A DNA stretch of 64,000 bases from Callorhinchus milii (taxonomy: Eukaryota). Position numbers and translations under genes: made by a program. Location: assembly GCF_018977255.1 (NCBI RefSeq), contig NW_024704772.1, positions 124,001 through 188,000 of the forward strand, read 5' to 3'. Of the stretch, positions 1-18,903 are shown piece by piece. Under the pieces are notes generated by a model. It made no database searches. It was not told the DNA's origin and saw only the letters and a list, made by a program, of their open reading frames with translations. The stretch's first letter is position 1. Every line of letters begins with the position of its first letter.

Positions 1-139
1 GGGGCTGCGCGGCTGCAGCGGGAGACCGGGTCGGGATGGTCCGCATTCCCTACACTTCCCGAGGGATTGAATCCCGTCCTCAGGCCCTCAGTCAGCAATA
101 GCCACACGTCATCCCGACCGTCTCACAGTGCTTCCCAGC

Positions 140-246
140 ACAGACTGAGGGTGTAGTGACTGTGTTATAGACTGAGGGAGTAGTGACTGTGTGTTATAGA
201 CTGAAGGTGTAGTGACTGTTATAGACCGAGGGTGTAGTGACTGTGT
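140..246. repeat. Short imperfect tandem repeat (gactgagggtgtagtgactgtgttata-like unit, ~4 copies)
   Basis: Repeated unit visible directly in the sequence. Confidence 0.75.
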
Positions 247-438
247 TTTGTGGGGGAAACGCGGCGGCCGATTGGGACAGTGATGGCCCCACAAATGAAG
301 TCACCAAATTATTATTATTTTTTGGCTGTTTGTCCGATCGGGAAACCCACCCGAGGGGTCGCCCCGAGCGGCCGGGGATCGAACCCCAGTCTCTCGCTCG
401 TGAGGCGACTGCTCTAACCACTGAGCTACTGGACTCCG
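240..438 (-). mobile_element. tRNA-derived SINE copy (5' head and part of body)
   Basis: Minus strand reads ggagtccagtagctcagtggttagagc (A box) ... ggttcgatccc (B box). Same family as copies at 30883 and 48948. Confidence 0.8.
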
Positions 439-1113
439 CAGATAGGAACAGGAGGAGGCCATTCAGCCCCTCGAGCCTGTTCTGCCATTCTATAAGACCA
501 GAGTTGATCTGAACCTCAGGTCCAATTACCCACCGTTGTCCCGGATCCCTCGATCCCGACTTGACAAACATCTCCCCTCCTCAGGCTGGTTCCTCCCTCC
601 TCTGTCCCACCATCCGTCATTTTGCCGAGGTATAGATCAGCCGCTAATAGAATGCAGAACAGGCTCGAGGGGCTGAATGGCCTCCTCCTGTTCCTCCATC
701 TCTTCTGGAAGTGTCACCTTATACCATCACTGAGGTGCAGGAAAGTGCTGAGTTTGCTGCTCTTGGCCACGACAGCAAAGTCATTTGTATTTTATTTATT
801 ATACTTTGGTACTTTACACAGAAAACCGTCACCATTCCACGACAAGATATACATTCATCTGAGCAAAGATTACAATGGCAAGTGCATGCGACACGGACAA
901 TCAGAAAGCACGTGGGTTGGACAGAAAGCCGTCAGTTCTGAAACCACAAATACAAGCCACAATTTTACAATCTGAACACTTTAATATTTTAATTTTTAAA
1001 ATAACCAATGGAAACTAGTGAAGGCAAATGGAAAGGCGGCTTTAAGAACGGTCCTGCGGTTGTGGCCACAAAGGCTCTGGGTTAAATTAAGGCTGTTACA
1101 CATTATAGCATTA

Positions 1114-4522
<3,409 letters not shown>

Positions 4523-5083
4523 TGCACCTCCGCTTCTCCGTCACTGTCTCTCCACTGTCCTCAACGTCTCCGTCTCTCTGTGTCTAACCTTATGGTGTTG
4601 TGGTGGTGTTGTTGCTGTACTCTGTCAGTCAGTGTCACAGTCTGTGTGTCCCTCAGTGTCTCTCTGTTTGTGTCTCTTTCCTCTTCCGGTCACAACCGCC
4701 CAGTGACTGACTGACGGCGGTGACAACCAATAGGAACTCCAGACACCGATGACCTCATTCCCACCCAATGAGCCCTCCCCCCACACAGCCCCTCCCCCCA
4801 CACACAGCCCCTCCCCCCCACATAGCCCCTCCCCCCACACACACAGCCCCTCCCCCCACACAGCCCCTCCCCCCACACACTGCCCCTCCCCCCACACACA
4901 CAATGGGTGGGGGGGCTTGGTGTGTGTGTGGGGGGGAGGGGTATGAGGGGGATTATGACGTGAGGTTGGGGGCGGGGACTCTGTCCTGCGGAACCTGGGG
5001 CTGGGGACCGGAAGGGGAGGAGTTTCTAGTTGCGGGACGCCACTTCCTTCCGGTTGTGACGCGCGGCAGCGGCAGCGAGAGAC
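4523..5083. promoter_or_regulatory. Bidirectional promoter region ANKRD54/EIF3L
   Basis: 561 bp between divergent ATGs. CCAAT boxes ~4727 and ~4765, CRE-like TGACGTGA ~4956, GGGGCGGGG ~4968, ETS-type CTTCCGG ~5048, C-rich ccccccacacagccc repeat 4773-4900. Confidence 0.75.
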
Positions 5084-8000
5084 ATGTCGGCCTTCACTGA
5101 GGAGTACAGCGCCGAGGTGAGCGGCTCCCCCCGCGGCCCGCGCCCCGCGACCCTCCCCCCGTGCCCCCCCGCCCCGCGACCCCCCGCCCCGCGACCCCCC
5201 GCCTCGCGACCCCCGCCCCCCCCCCCGCCCCCCCCCAGCCCCCCGCCCCCCCACGCGGCCCGGACAGGCCTCGGGCTCGGGCGCCTTTGTGACCCCGGGA
5301 TTATTAGGATTATTACTATTATATTATTATATATATCTCTCCCCTCCCTTCCTGATCCCAGGCGCCAATTGTTTCCCGGCTGAGACTCGCCATTCGCACA
5401 GACTGGGCCAACAACCACAGATGACATTTGTTCAGCGCCTCTGTCACAGACTGAACCTGTGATGACTGAGACCCCGCGAGGCAACGGCGACACATTTACT
5501 CACCTGCGCCTCAGGCAACGAGCGCCGTTGTTTCAGCTCAAAAGCAAATCAAAATCGCCCATGAATTGACCTGAGATATAAAGAATGTCTCCCCTCATTT
5601 ACTGCAGAAAGTAACACTGTACTGACCACCACGTTAATGTTCCCGCTGCCTGAACACCACCATTAGTTTGCTAGTCAGTTAGTTTGCTAGTTAGTTAGTT
5701 TGCTAGTTAGTTAGTTAATTACATGGATAGATTGGGTATGTAAGTGCTGAGATGACGTGACAACTATTTTGTATTTCAGCCTTCAAGAGATGACACTTCG
5801 CATTCTAAAGGGGAAGCGACCACAAGTAATAAAGTAAGCTTTTTTATCACTTTAGTCTTTCACTGGTTTTGTACAGCTCTTTGTTGTGGCGCTGTTCAAT
5901 GTTGTGCCAGTTCTGGTTTTTACCGGCCGAATAATAATAATAATAATCCTTGCATTTCTAGACCTCTCAAAGCGCATCACAGAATATACTGTAAAGTGAA
6001 TTGACTGTTAATTAATTGAATTAATGGTGGGGGGNAGAGTTACATGAGCATATTGAAAAATCCTCTTGGACACCCGGAGTACTATTCTGTGTGACTGTGT
6101 GGGTGTGAAATGGTGCTGTTGTCGTTGCCTGTGTTACTAAGCTATTTTGCCCCTTTTTCCACAGTATGATCCATATGCTTACAATGCTGAATACGACCTG
6201 CACACAGGTAAGCCACTCACCTGTCTCACATGCATTTCCTTTCTCCTCAACACAGTCAGGGGGTGAATGTATGGCCTGGTGGAGGTGGGCTGATCTCGGC
6301 TGATTGCATGTTACTCCCAAGGAGAAAATTGCAGAGTTTCACTCTACATCACCCGATTCACAAGGCAACACAACCTAAAGTAATTACTGTAAATGCTTTG
6401 AGGAGTTTTGACGTCACAGGCGCTAGATCAAACGGAAGGATGACAGTTCTGATCCTGTAAAGCGTTTTGAGATGCTGAAAGGCACAGAGCAATGTGAGTT
6501 ATTGTTGTTGTTCTCAGGGGATCCCAAGCAGGACCTGGCTTACGAGCGTCAGTATGAACAGCAGACGTACCATGTGATCCCAGAAGTCATAAAGAACTTT
6601 ATCCAGTATTTTCACAAGACGGTGACTGACCTGATTGACCAGAAGGTGTACGAGTTGCAGGCGAATCGTGTGACCAGCGACCTGATCGAGCAGAAGCTGT
6701 ATGAGATCCAGGACATCTACGAGAACAGGTATTGACAACAATCACATAAGCGTCTGTTTGCTATTCCCGTCTCAGCCCATAGACAGCACAGCACACTCAG
6801 GGCTGATCTTCTGTAGTTCTTAACGATTAAGGTTTAACTTAATAATTTTCAAAAACTTGTAATGATTTCAAGTTTTATGACTTTGATGAGCTTAACCTTA
6901 AGACCATGCTGAATTGCAGGCCTCTGATGTATTTATATATGAGGTGGAAGCGGGCTCCACGTGTATGAAGTGCCTCTATGTCTGTCTGTCACTCCTTGAC
7001 TTTCCTTCTCCAATCTCGCAGCTGGAACAAACTGACCGAACGCTTCTTCAAAACCTCACCCTGGCCAGAGGCTGAGGCCATCGCCTCCATCTGTCGCAAC
7101 GGTAAAGCGCATTGAACTGTCGCACGGAGTGCACGCCTGTACGTAACTGCGCTGCCTAATAAATCCAGACTGAGCACGGCGGCCACAAGCTTTCACCTGA
7201 ACAGCAGCATGAGCAGCCCATCAGGAACAGTGAAGGGAATTCTGATTGGAAATTTCCCACAGACGGGGGTGGTGGGGAATGTAACAAGAGAAACTTTACA
7301 AAGAAAAGAAGTTTTCACATTGTGCAGCTAAGATTACTGGCTGAACAGCGTCTGTGTTCAGTTAACAATAAACTGTGATGTATTTACCAGCAAGTCTTTC
7401 TTTTCAGATGTTGTTTTCCTGATTCTGTATAAGGAGCTGTACTACAGGCACATCTACGCCAAAGTCAGCGTAAGTCCTCGTCTCCACTCGTACTGTTTGT
7501 AAATCTATATCCAGGCCAGGGTTAATAGCTTCCTGCAAATCCATGGTTAAATTGAAGTCAGTCACTGCACATTCCCCTGCAAACACATGGTAACTACATT
7601 TCACAGTAAGATCCTTGTGAAGCACATGTGGCTCAAAGTGTTTTTCTCTTCACCTCGCCAGGGAGGGCCCACACTGGAACAGAGATTCGAGTCGTATTAC
7701 AATTACTGTAACCTCTTCAACTACATTCTCAGTAAGTGCGTACTCCACACAGGCTTTTATTTCCTGTCCAGTCTCCCCTCCCGGCTCACTGAAGCTACAC
7801 CTGAAATCTTCTGTTTTTGTTTTATGCCTTGTTCATTCCACTTTAAAGTATATCCTGTGAAGCGCTTTGAGATGTCTCAATGATGTGATAAGGCGTGATA
7901 CCAAATGCAAGAATTATTATTATTATAATTACTATAAAGCACATTTTGATGTATAAAGCGCTACAACAGTTCTTTCTTTGCCACCACAGCTAATGTGTTT

Positions 8001-11000
8001 TAAGCGATTGATTTTTATGAAGCTCAAAGTGCTATGAAATACAGTTATTATCAGCTGACTTCTCTGACTCCCTGAATAAAGGAAAGTGTTTCTATCTCTC
8101 TTTTCTAATCCATTCTCTCTCTACCTGACATCCTCAGATGCTGACGGACCCGTTCCTTTAGAGCTTCCTAACCAATGGCTTTGGGATGTCATTGATGAGT
8201 TCATTTACCAGGTAACCAGCCCTTTGTTAACGTGCAACCAGTGGCTTGAGAGTGATGTTGGTCTTGGTGGAACGTGAGATTCAGGCTCGACGGTCCTCAG
8301 AGACTGTCCTGTTCTTGGCCAAGTTTGTCTTCCTCGACACACCTAAACGCACGCACACACACACGGCAGGATGTGGACATCTCTGTGGCTTGCGGAGTCC
8401 TGGACCAGTTAGATTTGAACGTTGTGGAGCCAAACGGGTAGAAACAGGGATCGAATGTAAAAGTTAAATATTTACGGAGAGAAGTGGCTTTGCTAACCGG
8501 ATTTGTGAATGAATCTGAACCATGTTACTTTTGACGCTGGTCTCAGTGAAGCTTCGCTCTGTTGCAGTTCCAATCTTTCAGTCAGTATCGGTGTAAAACC
8601 GCTAAGAAAACGGATGAGGAGATTGAATTCCTTCGGTCCAATCCCAAAATCTGGAATGTGCACAGCGTCCTCAACGTGCTGCATTCTCTGGTCGACAAAT
8701 CAAACATCAACCAGCAGCTGGAGGTGTACACAAGTGGAGGTAAATGCAGATATTCCCCGTTCTCAACTCGACTCCGCCGTCTCCATCTCTTCGCTGTGCT
8801 CCTCCCCTTGTCTGGCCAAGTGCGTTTGCTCCTCTGACGCCTGCTGCTGTTTGTTGACAGGTGACCCAGAGAGCGTGGCTGGGGATTACGGACGTCACTC
8901 CCTATATAAGATGTTGGGATATTTCAGCTTGGTGGGACTTCTGCGTCTCCATTCACTTCTGGGAGATTATTACCAGGCCATCAAAGTGCTGGAGAACATT
9001 GAACTCAATAAGAAGGTACGTCTTGATGATGCGCAGTTAGGATCAATCCCATTACTTTTTACAGTCAATACAGTCGGCTATAGTTGAGGCAAAATCTTTT
9101 TGAATGGGAATTATATGTAGCTGCTAGAAAAGTAAGGATATGACGGAAGGGAGAACAAGGAGAGTGGGGCTAGTGGTTCACATTTGTGTAAATAATATCT
9201 GAGTTTCCTGCCTGCTTTGGGTTGTGAATGTTTGTGACTATACCATGTGGTTTATCAGCTAGCCAATGTGTCGTTACATGTGTTACAGAGCATGTACTCC
9301 CGAGTGCCAGAATGCCAGGTCACAACCTATTACTATGTGGGATTTGCCTACTTGATGATGCGTCGCTACCAGGATTCCATCCGAGTGTTTGCCAACATCC
9401 TGCTGTACATCCAGAGAACCAAGAACATGTTCCAGCGATCCACTTACAAATATGAGATGGTAAATAATGGCGTTCAAGGATTTGTATCTCTGTCAGAGTG
9501 TAATTAGTGACTGCATCGGTTTTTCCAGATTACCAACTGGCAGCTTTGGCCACGACAGTCAATTCCAATGTTCTGTTCCGAGGAGAACAACAACAAATTG
9601 TATTAATGCACGCCTTTCATGTCAGGTGGACCTCCAAAGGCACTGTAAGATGTGGGGAATTTACAGGATGTTTTCTCACTGTCTCACAGATCAATAAGCA
9701 GAACGAGCAGATGCACAGCCTTCTGGCCATCGCCCTGACTCTGTACCCCATGAGGATTGATGAGAGCATCCACACCCAGCTCCGAGAGAAGTACGGAGAC
9801 AAGATGATCCGGATGCAGAAGGGGTTAGTGCAGCCGCTCCCTGCGGTTTACCTGATTGTTGGGATCTAACGGTGTCTGTGGTGATCAGTCAATCACATTC
9901 TCAGCTAGTAACAAACTACACAAACAGATCAACCTGATCTGTTACACCTGACCTGGTAAATCTTTCCGTTGGTTACAGGGACCCACAGATCTTCGAGGAG
10001 CTGTTCAGTTTCGCCTGCCCCAAGTTCTTGTCGCCTGTGGTGCCAAACTATGATGCTGTTCATGCCAATTACCACAAGGAGCCCTTCCTGCAGCAGCTGA
10101 AGGTGTTCATGGATGAGGTGCAGCAGCAGTCTGTGCTCTCCACCATCCGCAGGTACATGTGTCAGCCCGGCTCAGTCACTAACCATCTCGTTTCCATCGG
10201 AAGGTTGTGGGTTCAAGTCCCACATGGGGACTGGATGTCAGTCCAGACTGAGTGCAATGCTGGAGAAATTATTACAGTAACCTCGCTTCTAACAGGGCTT
10301 AGCTGTAAACTTCATCCTGCCGTTTCCCTTAAACGTTAAAGGTACAAAAGGAAAAGCCTGCCCTGTTTGTAAATTATCAGGCAAGTGACTGACTAGCACT
10401 GAAATAGATTTGTGTGTGGGAGGGGAGGGGGGCGCGGGGATGTATGCATGTGAGTGAACAGACACAAGACATTAGTGTTCGGGTGTGTTGTCAGCTCACT
10501 AAAATAATTCACTTAATGTTTTCCTGGCTCGCTGTCTGAGCTGCCAGTATTAATAGCCGCCTAGTTACCATTGACCGCGCTCTCTCTGTTACTGTAGTTT
10601 CCTGAAGCTCTACACCACCATGCCTGTGGCTAAGTTGGCCGGCTTCCTGGACATGTCAGAGCAGGAATTCCGCATCAACCTCCTGGTTTTCAAGCACAAG
10701 ATGAAGAACCTGGTGTGGACAAGTGGCGTCTCAGCGCTGGACGGGGAGTTTCAGTCGGCCTCGGAGGTGGACTTCTACATTGACAAGGTTTGGCCACCAA
10801 GAGGGCAGTGTGTGGGTGTGAATGTGGAGACGTATAGCGTAGTGTTTAGAGCACTTGCCTCGCGAGTGAACCTGGACTCCATTCCCGAGCAGAGCGAACC
10901 CTTAGGCAAGTTTCCTTACTCCATACATATGCCTGTTTACCTAGAGGTAAGTAGGAATAATTTGGTCACTCATGGGATACTGTTGTGCGCAATTGGCTGC

Positions 11001-12328
11001 CGCATTCAATTCCCTTTACAGTGTATCCTGTGAAGCGTTTTGAGACATCTCGAAGAGGTGATAAGGTGCTGTATCAAATGCCAGGATTATTATTATGGCA
11101 GATCTCCACCCACATGCAAAAGGAAGCAATTCAATCAGAGGTACACAGACTAATGGGACAAATGGCCTCCTGGTGTGAGGTAAAAGATAATCTTTCCGTT
11201 GAGGCAGTGCTGTTCACATCTGGCTGATGTCTCAAAACCATTCTTTCTCATGAGGATTTTTGTATGTCTTGTAGCTGAATGAAGCTCCATTATTCAGATT
11301 CTAACACAATTAACATCAGCAAAGCTGCAGTCGTTTTTCTTCTTGTCAGTCTTTGTACTCCTGAAAGTCTTGTTGCGTTTAAACCCAGTCTGATTTGCTG
11401 TTTTAATTCAGGACATGATTCACATCGCAGACACCAAGGTGGCCCGGCGTTATGGTGATTTCTTCATCCGGCAGATTCATAAATTTGAAGAGGTGAGGCT
11501 GTTTATGTAACTCACTGACTGTTTCACAATCTGGGATATCAGTTTAGTTTAGTCTTTCTCTCACCTGAGTCAGATGTTTGTAGGTTGAAGTCTACAACTG
11601 AGAGCTGGATTGTCAGAGGAACAGTCCCTCAGACAAGATGTCAGACTGAAGTCTTTCCTGCTTTTTGTTCATTTATTATTAATAATAAGGTAGATAGTAA
11701 AGATCCCATTGTATTCATTGAAAATAGAAAGGAGTTTCTCCAGGTATCATTACCTAACCACTGGGTAAAATAATTTGTTTACCTCCTGGCTGTGCTCTGT
11801 GACCCACGCCACAGCAACGGCGGAAGTCAGCACGGGCACTAGGTTTAACTGCAGGGCTATGTTACACCTTAGCAATAATAATAACTTGAGCAAAACTGGC
11901 ATATATGTTATGATGAGCTTGTTTAGATCATAGCTCATCAATGATAGGAGATCCCTGAAAAAATATTTGCCCATGACACTCCCTGGAGGCAAGACCTTTC
12001 CGATGAAGTATAAATAATGTCTCTACGTCAATCGGTTATTGAGTTCTTAGTGGGTACAGATATAGACATTAGGTCCTTATTAGTATAGATGAGCGTCTGC
12101 ACTGACCACAAGGTGGTAGGTATGTGCTGAGTTCGCTTGCTGAGATCCCAGTTTGGGGCTTCTGATTCTCCTATGTCTGAAATAAGGAGTGAAATCCCAT
12201 GTGGTTCCTGATGCTCACTCTTTGGGAATGCGGGTGCCGTCTGTATTAATAATAAAAAATATATACTGAAATGTAACTTCTTTCTTTTCTAGCTGAACAA
12301 AAGCTTGAAGAAAATCAGCCCACGATAA
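5084..12328 (+). CDS. EIF3L: Eukaryotic translation initiation factor 3 subunit L; 15 coding exons, 561 aa
   Basis: Exons 5084-5116, 6165-6207, 6518-6728, 7022-7101, 7408-7469, 7662-7731, 8138-8211, 8568-8739, 8861-9015, 9289-9459, 9690-9823, 9979-10152, 10598-10787, 11412-11492, 12293-12328 (1686 nt, GT-AG). Peptides [36 protein letters not shown] and [27 protein letters not shown] match eIF3L. AATAAA at 12482-12487. Confidence 0.97.
10822..11096 (+). mobile_element. tRNA-derived SINE in EIF3L intron 13
   Basis: Degenerate head gtggagacgtatagcgtagtgtttagagcac, body aattggctgccgcatt, tail atcaaatgccaggattattattat. Confidence 0.8.
11839..12089 (-). mobile_element. Candidate short non-autonomous Helitron-like insertion
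   Basis: Minus strand starts A|TCTATACTAATA and can end CTAG|T (AT target). Internal 9-bp hairpin at 11911-11940. The 3' end is uncertain. Confidence 0.3.
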
Positions 12329-13199
12329 TCCAATTACTTTTCAGAAGGACTGAGTGAAGAAGGTTGCTATCTGGGGTCTATGGTTTCAGTATCTGATTGC
12401 TAATGGGTGGGTGCACTGCCTGGAGGCTGGTGCTATGCCGTGGAGCAATTACAAGCTCAAAATCATCAAAGACTAAAAATCAATAAACACACTTTGTTTT
12501 ATAATTTGACGGATCGGATCCAGTTTCCCTGACAGTTTTTGACTGTTTTCTATACGTTGCTATTCTCGGTTACACAGTTGCCTACATGGCCTTGTTACTT
12601 GCTTAAATCCCAAACAATGGCTGTTCAGATGTACTTCATGTCAAAACAGGGCAAGGAAATCTCACTTCCCCTCCCTCCACAGGCAGATTTACAGATAACA
12701 AACAGACCCTCACCAACTACAGCTGAATATTGGTAATTCGGAGAGTTCGGTGTATACAACCCAGCGTTAGGTCAACCAGATATCTGCCCTTCAGTGTGAC
12801 TGACATTATTCCTGTTACAATTCAGATGTATTCAGTTACTAAATTAAACCTCCACCGAACCACATTTATCAATAAAATAATAAACCGATGTCTCCTTGTT
12901 GTATTTGTGTTTCACACAAAGTTACTGAGTGGACACCTGAGTTGGAAGAATTCCATAACAACAACAAATTAATGTGTACAGTGCCTTTCACGTCAGAAAG
13001 TCCTAAGACGGTCAGCGTTTGGAATCTGAAAGTATGATCTCAGCTCATGGTCTTTGCCATCACTGCACCTGAACACAATCTAAAGTGGCAAATGTGATCT
13101 ATCAGTGGCACTACAATCAGTCACATTGCCACAAAAATCAAACCGCTGCTGTTAGAGCTCTGCACTGGTGAGAAGGCTCTGAGTTGGGACCCGCAGTGA

Positions 13200-13608
13200 C
13201 GCTGCCACACCGCAGGGCGGCCCCGCCTCAAGGGCCATGGCAACGGGTGACGTCAAAGCGCATGACGTGCCCCGGAAGGAGTCTGGTTGCGGCGGGGTAA
13301 AGGTTTGGGTGACGCTGTGACGCCATTGCTACTGTTGTTGTTGTTAGTAACTGCCGCCAGGAAGTTCAGGCCAGTGATTGGCAGATCCTCAGCCAATTAG
13401 AAAGCCGTCTCAGGGATGTTCTTCCAATCCGCGAGCTGCTGGGGCGGGACTTCCAATGTGGGTGACCCTTCCGCTTGAGCTTCAGGCGGACATTCCCTGA
13501 CACCTTCCCCTCCTCCTCACCTCTGGTCACCGAGACCCGCTTCTCCTTCAGTGACTGTTGGAGCCGGGAAACAAGACGACTGGCCGGAGAGCGAAGGGAA
13601 GGCGGAGG
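13200..13608 (+). promoter_or_regulatory. MIEF1 promoter and non-coding exon 1
   Basis: CpG-rich. Palindromic CRE TGACGTCA 13248-13255, CCGGAAG, several CCAAT/ATTGG boxes 13376-13457, GGGGCGGG. Donor GG|GTAAGT at 13608/13609. Confidence 0.7.
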
Positions 13609-14069
13609 GTAAGTGCAGCCACAGAATCACATAATAGCATAAGTGACGGGAAAGCAGTGGTGGGGAAACACACACCGACATGGAACAACTCAGCCGCAGC
13701 CACTCGGCCCATCCTGTGGCTGGTGATTCTTCCACAACAAGAGCCTGTCCTTGTCCCATATCCTGACACCCCCATCCCTCAACTTCATTCTTATAACCAT
13801 GTGTCTGTCCAGTGTTTTTGAATGTGAACATCGCCGAATGGCCTCTCGCGGTGTAATCGTTATATTAATCCATCCATCTTCCTCCATATTCTGGAGAGCT
13901 CACATATTCTTCGGGGGAGACTTCAGGACCAGAGAAAATTCAAGGCTGCAGCGAAGTGACAGCGCCTTAATGAATGGTCCATAACTTTGCTTATTTGTCT
14001 CTTGTATTTCATTGCTGAGTCGTGTCCATCTCCGTTCATTGACTTTTTTTTATCTTCACAGAGAACATA

Positions 14070-14078
14070 ATGTTGTGA
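14070..14078 (+). other. Minimal uORF ATG-TTG-TGA in MIEF1 leader exon 2
   Basis: Exon 2 acceptor at 14061/14062. ATG has A at -3. Stop lies 21 nt before the MIURF ATG. Confidence 0.65.
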
Positions 14079-14099
14079 TCCTGACCTCCACTCACTGTC

Positions 14100-14312
14100 A
14101 TGGCGACCTGGTCCCGCACAGCTGTGTTGAATCTCTACCGCGCTCTCCTGCGAGCAGGTCAGCACCTGCGGTACACTGACCGAGAGTATTACTATTCGTA
14201 CGTTAAGCGGGAATTCAGGAAGAACCAGCATCTCACCGAGGAGCAACAGAGAACTCAACAACTGAAGAAAGGCATTTACTTTCTGAACAATAAGCTTGGA
14301 GGCCTGGTTTAA
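14100..14312 (+). CDS. MIURF: MIEF1 upstream ORF microprotein (altMiD51/L0R8F8), LYR-motif mitoribosome assembly factor, 70 aa
   Basis: [31 protein letters not shown]...REFRKNQ...[14 protein letters not shown] aligns without gaps to the 70-aa human MIEF1 uORF protein as recalled. LYR motif present. Strong context gtcATGg. Lies in a MIEF1 5' leader exon (14062-14351). Confidence 0.95.
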   Translation: MATWSRTAVLNLYRALLRAGQHLRYTDREYYYSYVKREFRKNQHLTEEQQRTQQLKKGIYFLNNKLGGLV

Positions 14313-14689
14313 TTAATGGCCGAAGCTTAGTAGCTGATTTGAGAATTCTAGGTGAATGTTTACTAAAACTTCTTAGGCTGCACTCCACTGAAGGGTCAAT
14401 GAGCAATATAGCACCTGATGCAGCATGAGGACATGAAAGGCACAGGCACAACTCAGTCAAGCTCAGTTGATGGTTGGGGCTACTCATTGGGTTAGATAGG
14501 TGAAATCAGCCAGGGATCCTGCTTCAGACCAAGTGTTAGCATTGGCATCTAGAGTGACGTGTGAGCGTGAAACTGATCTCTGCAGTTCAGTTTCACACTA
14601 ACCAGGGCGTAAGTGAGTCAGCGAATGGGGGAAACCCAAAAATGTAGTTTTAAAAGTTTTTTTTAAATGAATAAACTAATATCTTATAA

Positions 14690-15572
14690 AATAATAACAA
14701 GATTACATTTGTAGAGCGCCTTTCACGTCGGTAGGACGTCCCAAGGCACTGGACAGTGTACAGCATTTCAGACCCGAGCTGGGGGAGAAGGGAGGGAGGG
14801 GGGTGGCCGATGGCATGGTCAAGAGGAGGGTCTTGAAGCGAGACTTGAAGGAGGCTAAGGAAGGGGTGAGGTGGAGTGATTGGGGGATGGAATTCCAGAG
14901 GTTGGGGGCAGAGTGGCTGAAGGCTCTACCGTCAATGGTGGGGCGGGTGGGTCAGGGGACGTGGAGCAGGCCAGAGCCGGCTGAGCGGAGGGAGCGGGCG
15001 GGTTGGTAGGGGGTTAGGAGGTCGCGGAGCTCGGGTCTGAAATGCTGTACACTTCCAGTGCCGAGGCCATGGAGGGCTTTGTAGGTGAGGACCAGGATCT
15101 TGAACTGGATCCTCTGAAGGATAGTGAGCCAATGGTGTCGGACAAGAATGGGGGAGATGGGGTCACGGAGTTTTGTGGGTGAGAGGACATGGGCTGCAGA
15201 GTTCTTGATTATCTGCAGCCTGTGGAGGGAGGAGTTGGGAAGGCCAACAAGCAGGGAGTTTGCATAGTCGAGCCTGGAGGTGATGAAGGCATGAACAAGA
15301 GTTTCGGCGCCTGAGGGGTGAGGCAGTGGTGGAGTTGGGTGATGTTACGGAGGTGAGGGAAGGCAGAGCTCGTCAAGGCTTGGATGTGGGGAAGAAAAGA
15401 AGGTTGAGGGTCGAACAAGACACCGAGCTTCCTGACTGGCTTGGTGAGTTGTAATGTGCAACCATGGAGGTTGATGCTGCCAGAGCCTGAGGTGCAGAGG
15501 CGCTGGCGCGAGCCAATCAGGAGGGCCTCAGTCTTGTTCAACTGGAGGAAATTTGCCCTCATCCAGGACTTG
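14690..15572 (-). mobile_element. LINE L2-clade 3' fragment in MIEF1 intron 2
   Basis: Degenerate ORF2 C-terminal peptides (WMRANFLQLNKTEALLIG, VRKLGVLFDP, RLDYANSLL) with frameshifts, and a tail ending tctacaaatgtaatcttgtt on minus. Confidence 0.85.
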
Positions 15573-15680
15573 ATAAAATGCTATGTCAAATGTAAGTAGT
15601 ATTATTATCTGCATTTGTGTACTGAAGCCTATTTGTAGTAATGTTATCGCTTTTTTGCCTCTAGTTGTACCGTGTTTAAC

Positions 15681-18903
<3,223 letters not shown>

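Noticed and set aside
1-120. GC-rich start of the window as the last exon of an upstream gene (GALR3 is the human neighbour)
   Set aside because: No recognisable peptide in any frame; too short to support.
4625-5383. Long Gly/Pro/His-rich ORFs (4625-5254, 5026-5493, and the 5084-5383 continuation)
   Set aside because: Products of low-complexity C/G repeats in the promoter and intron 1; only 5084-5116 is coding.
11910-11958. C box ATGATGA and D box CTGA in EIF3L intron 14 as a C/D snoRNA
   Set aside because: Only ~49 nt apart, no terminal stem, and the C box is paired within a local hairpin.
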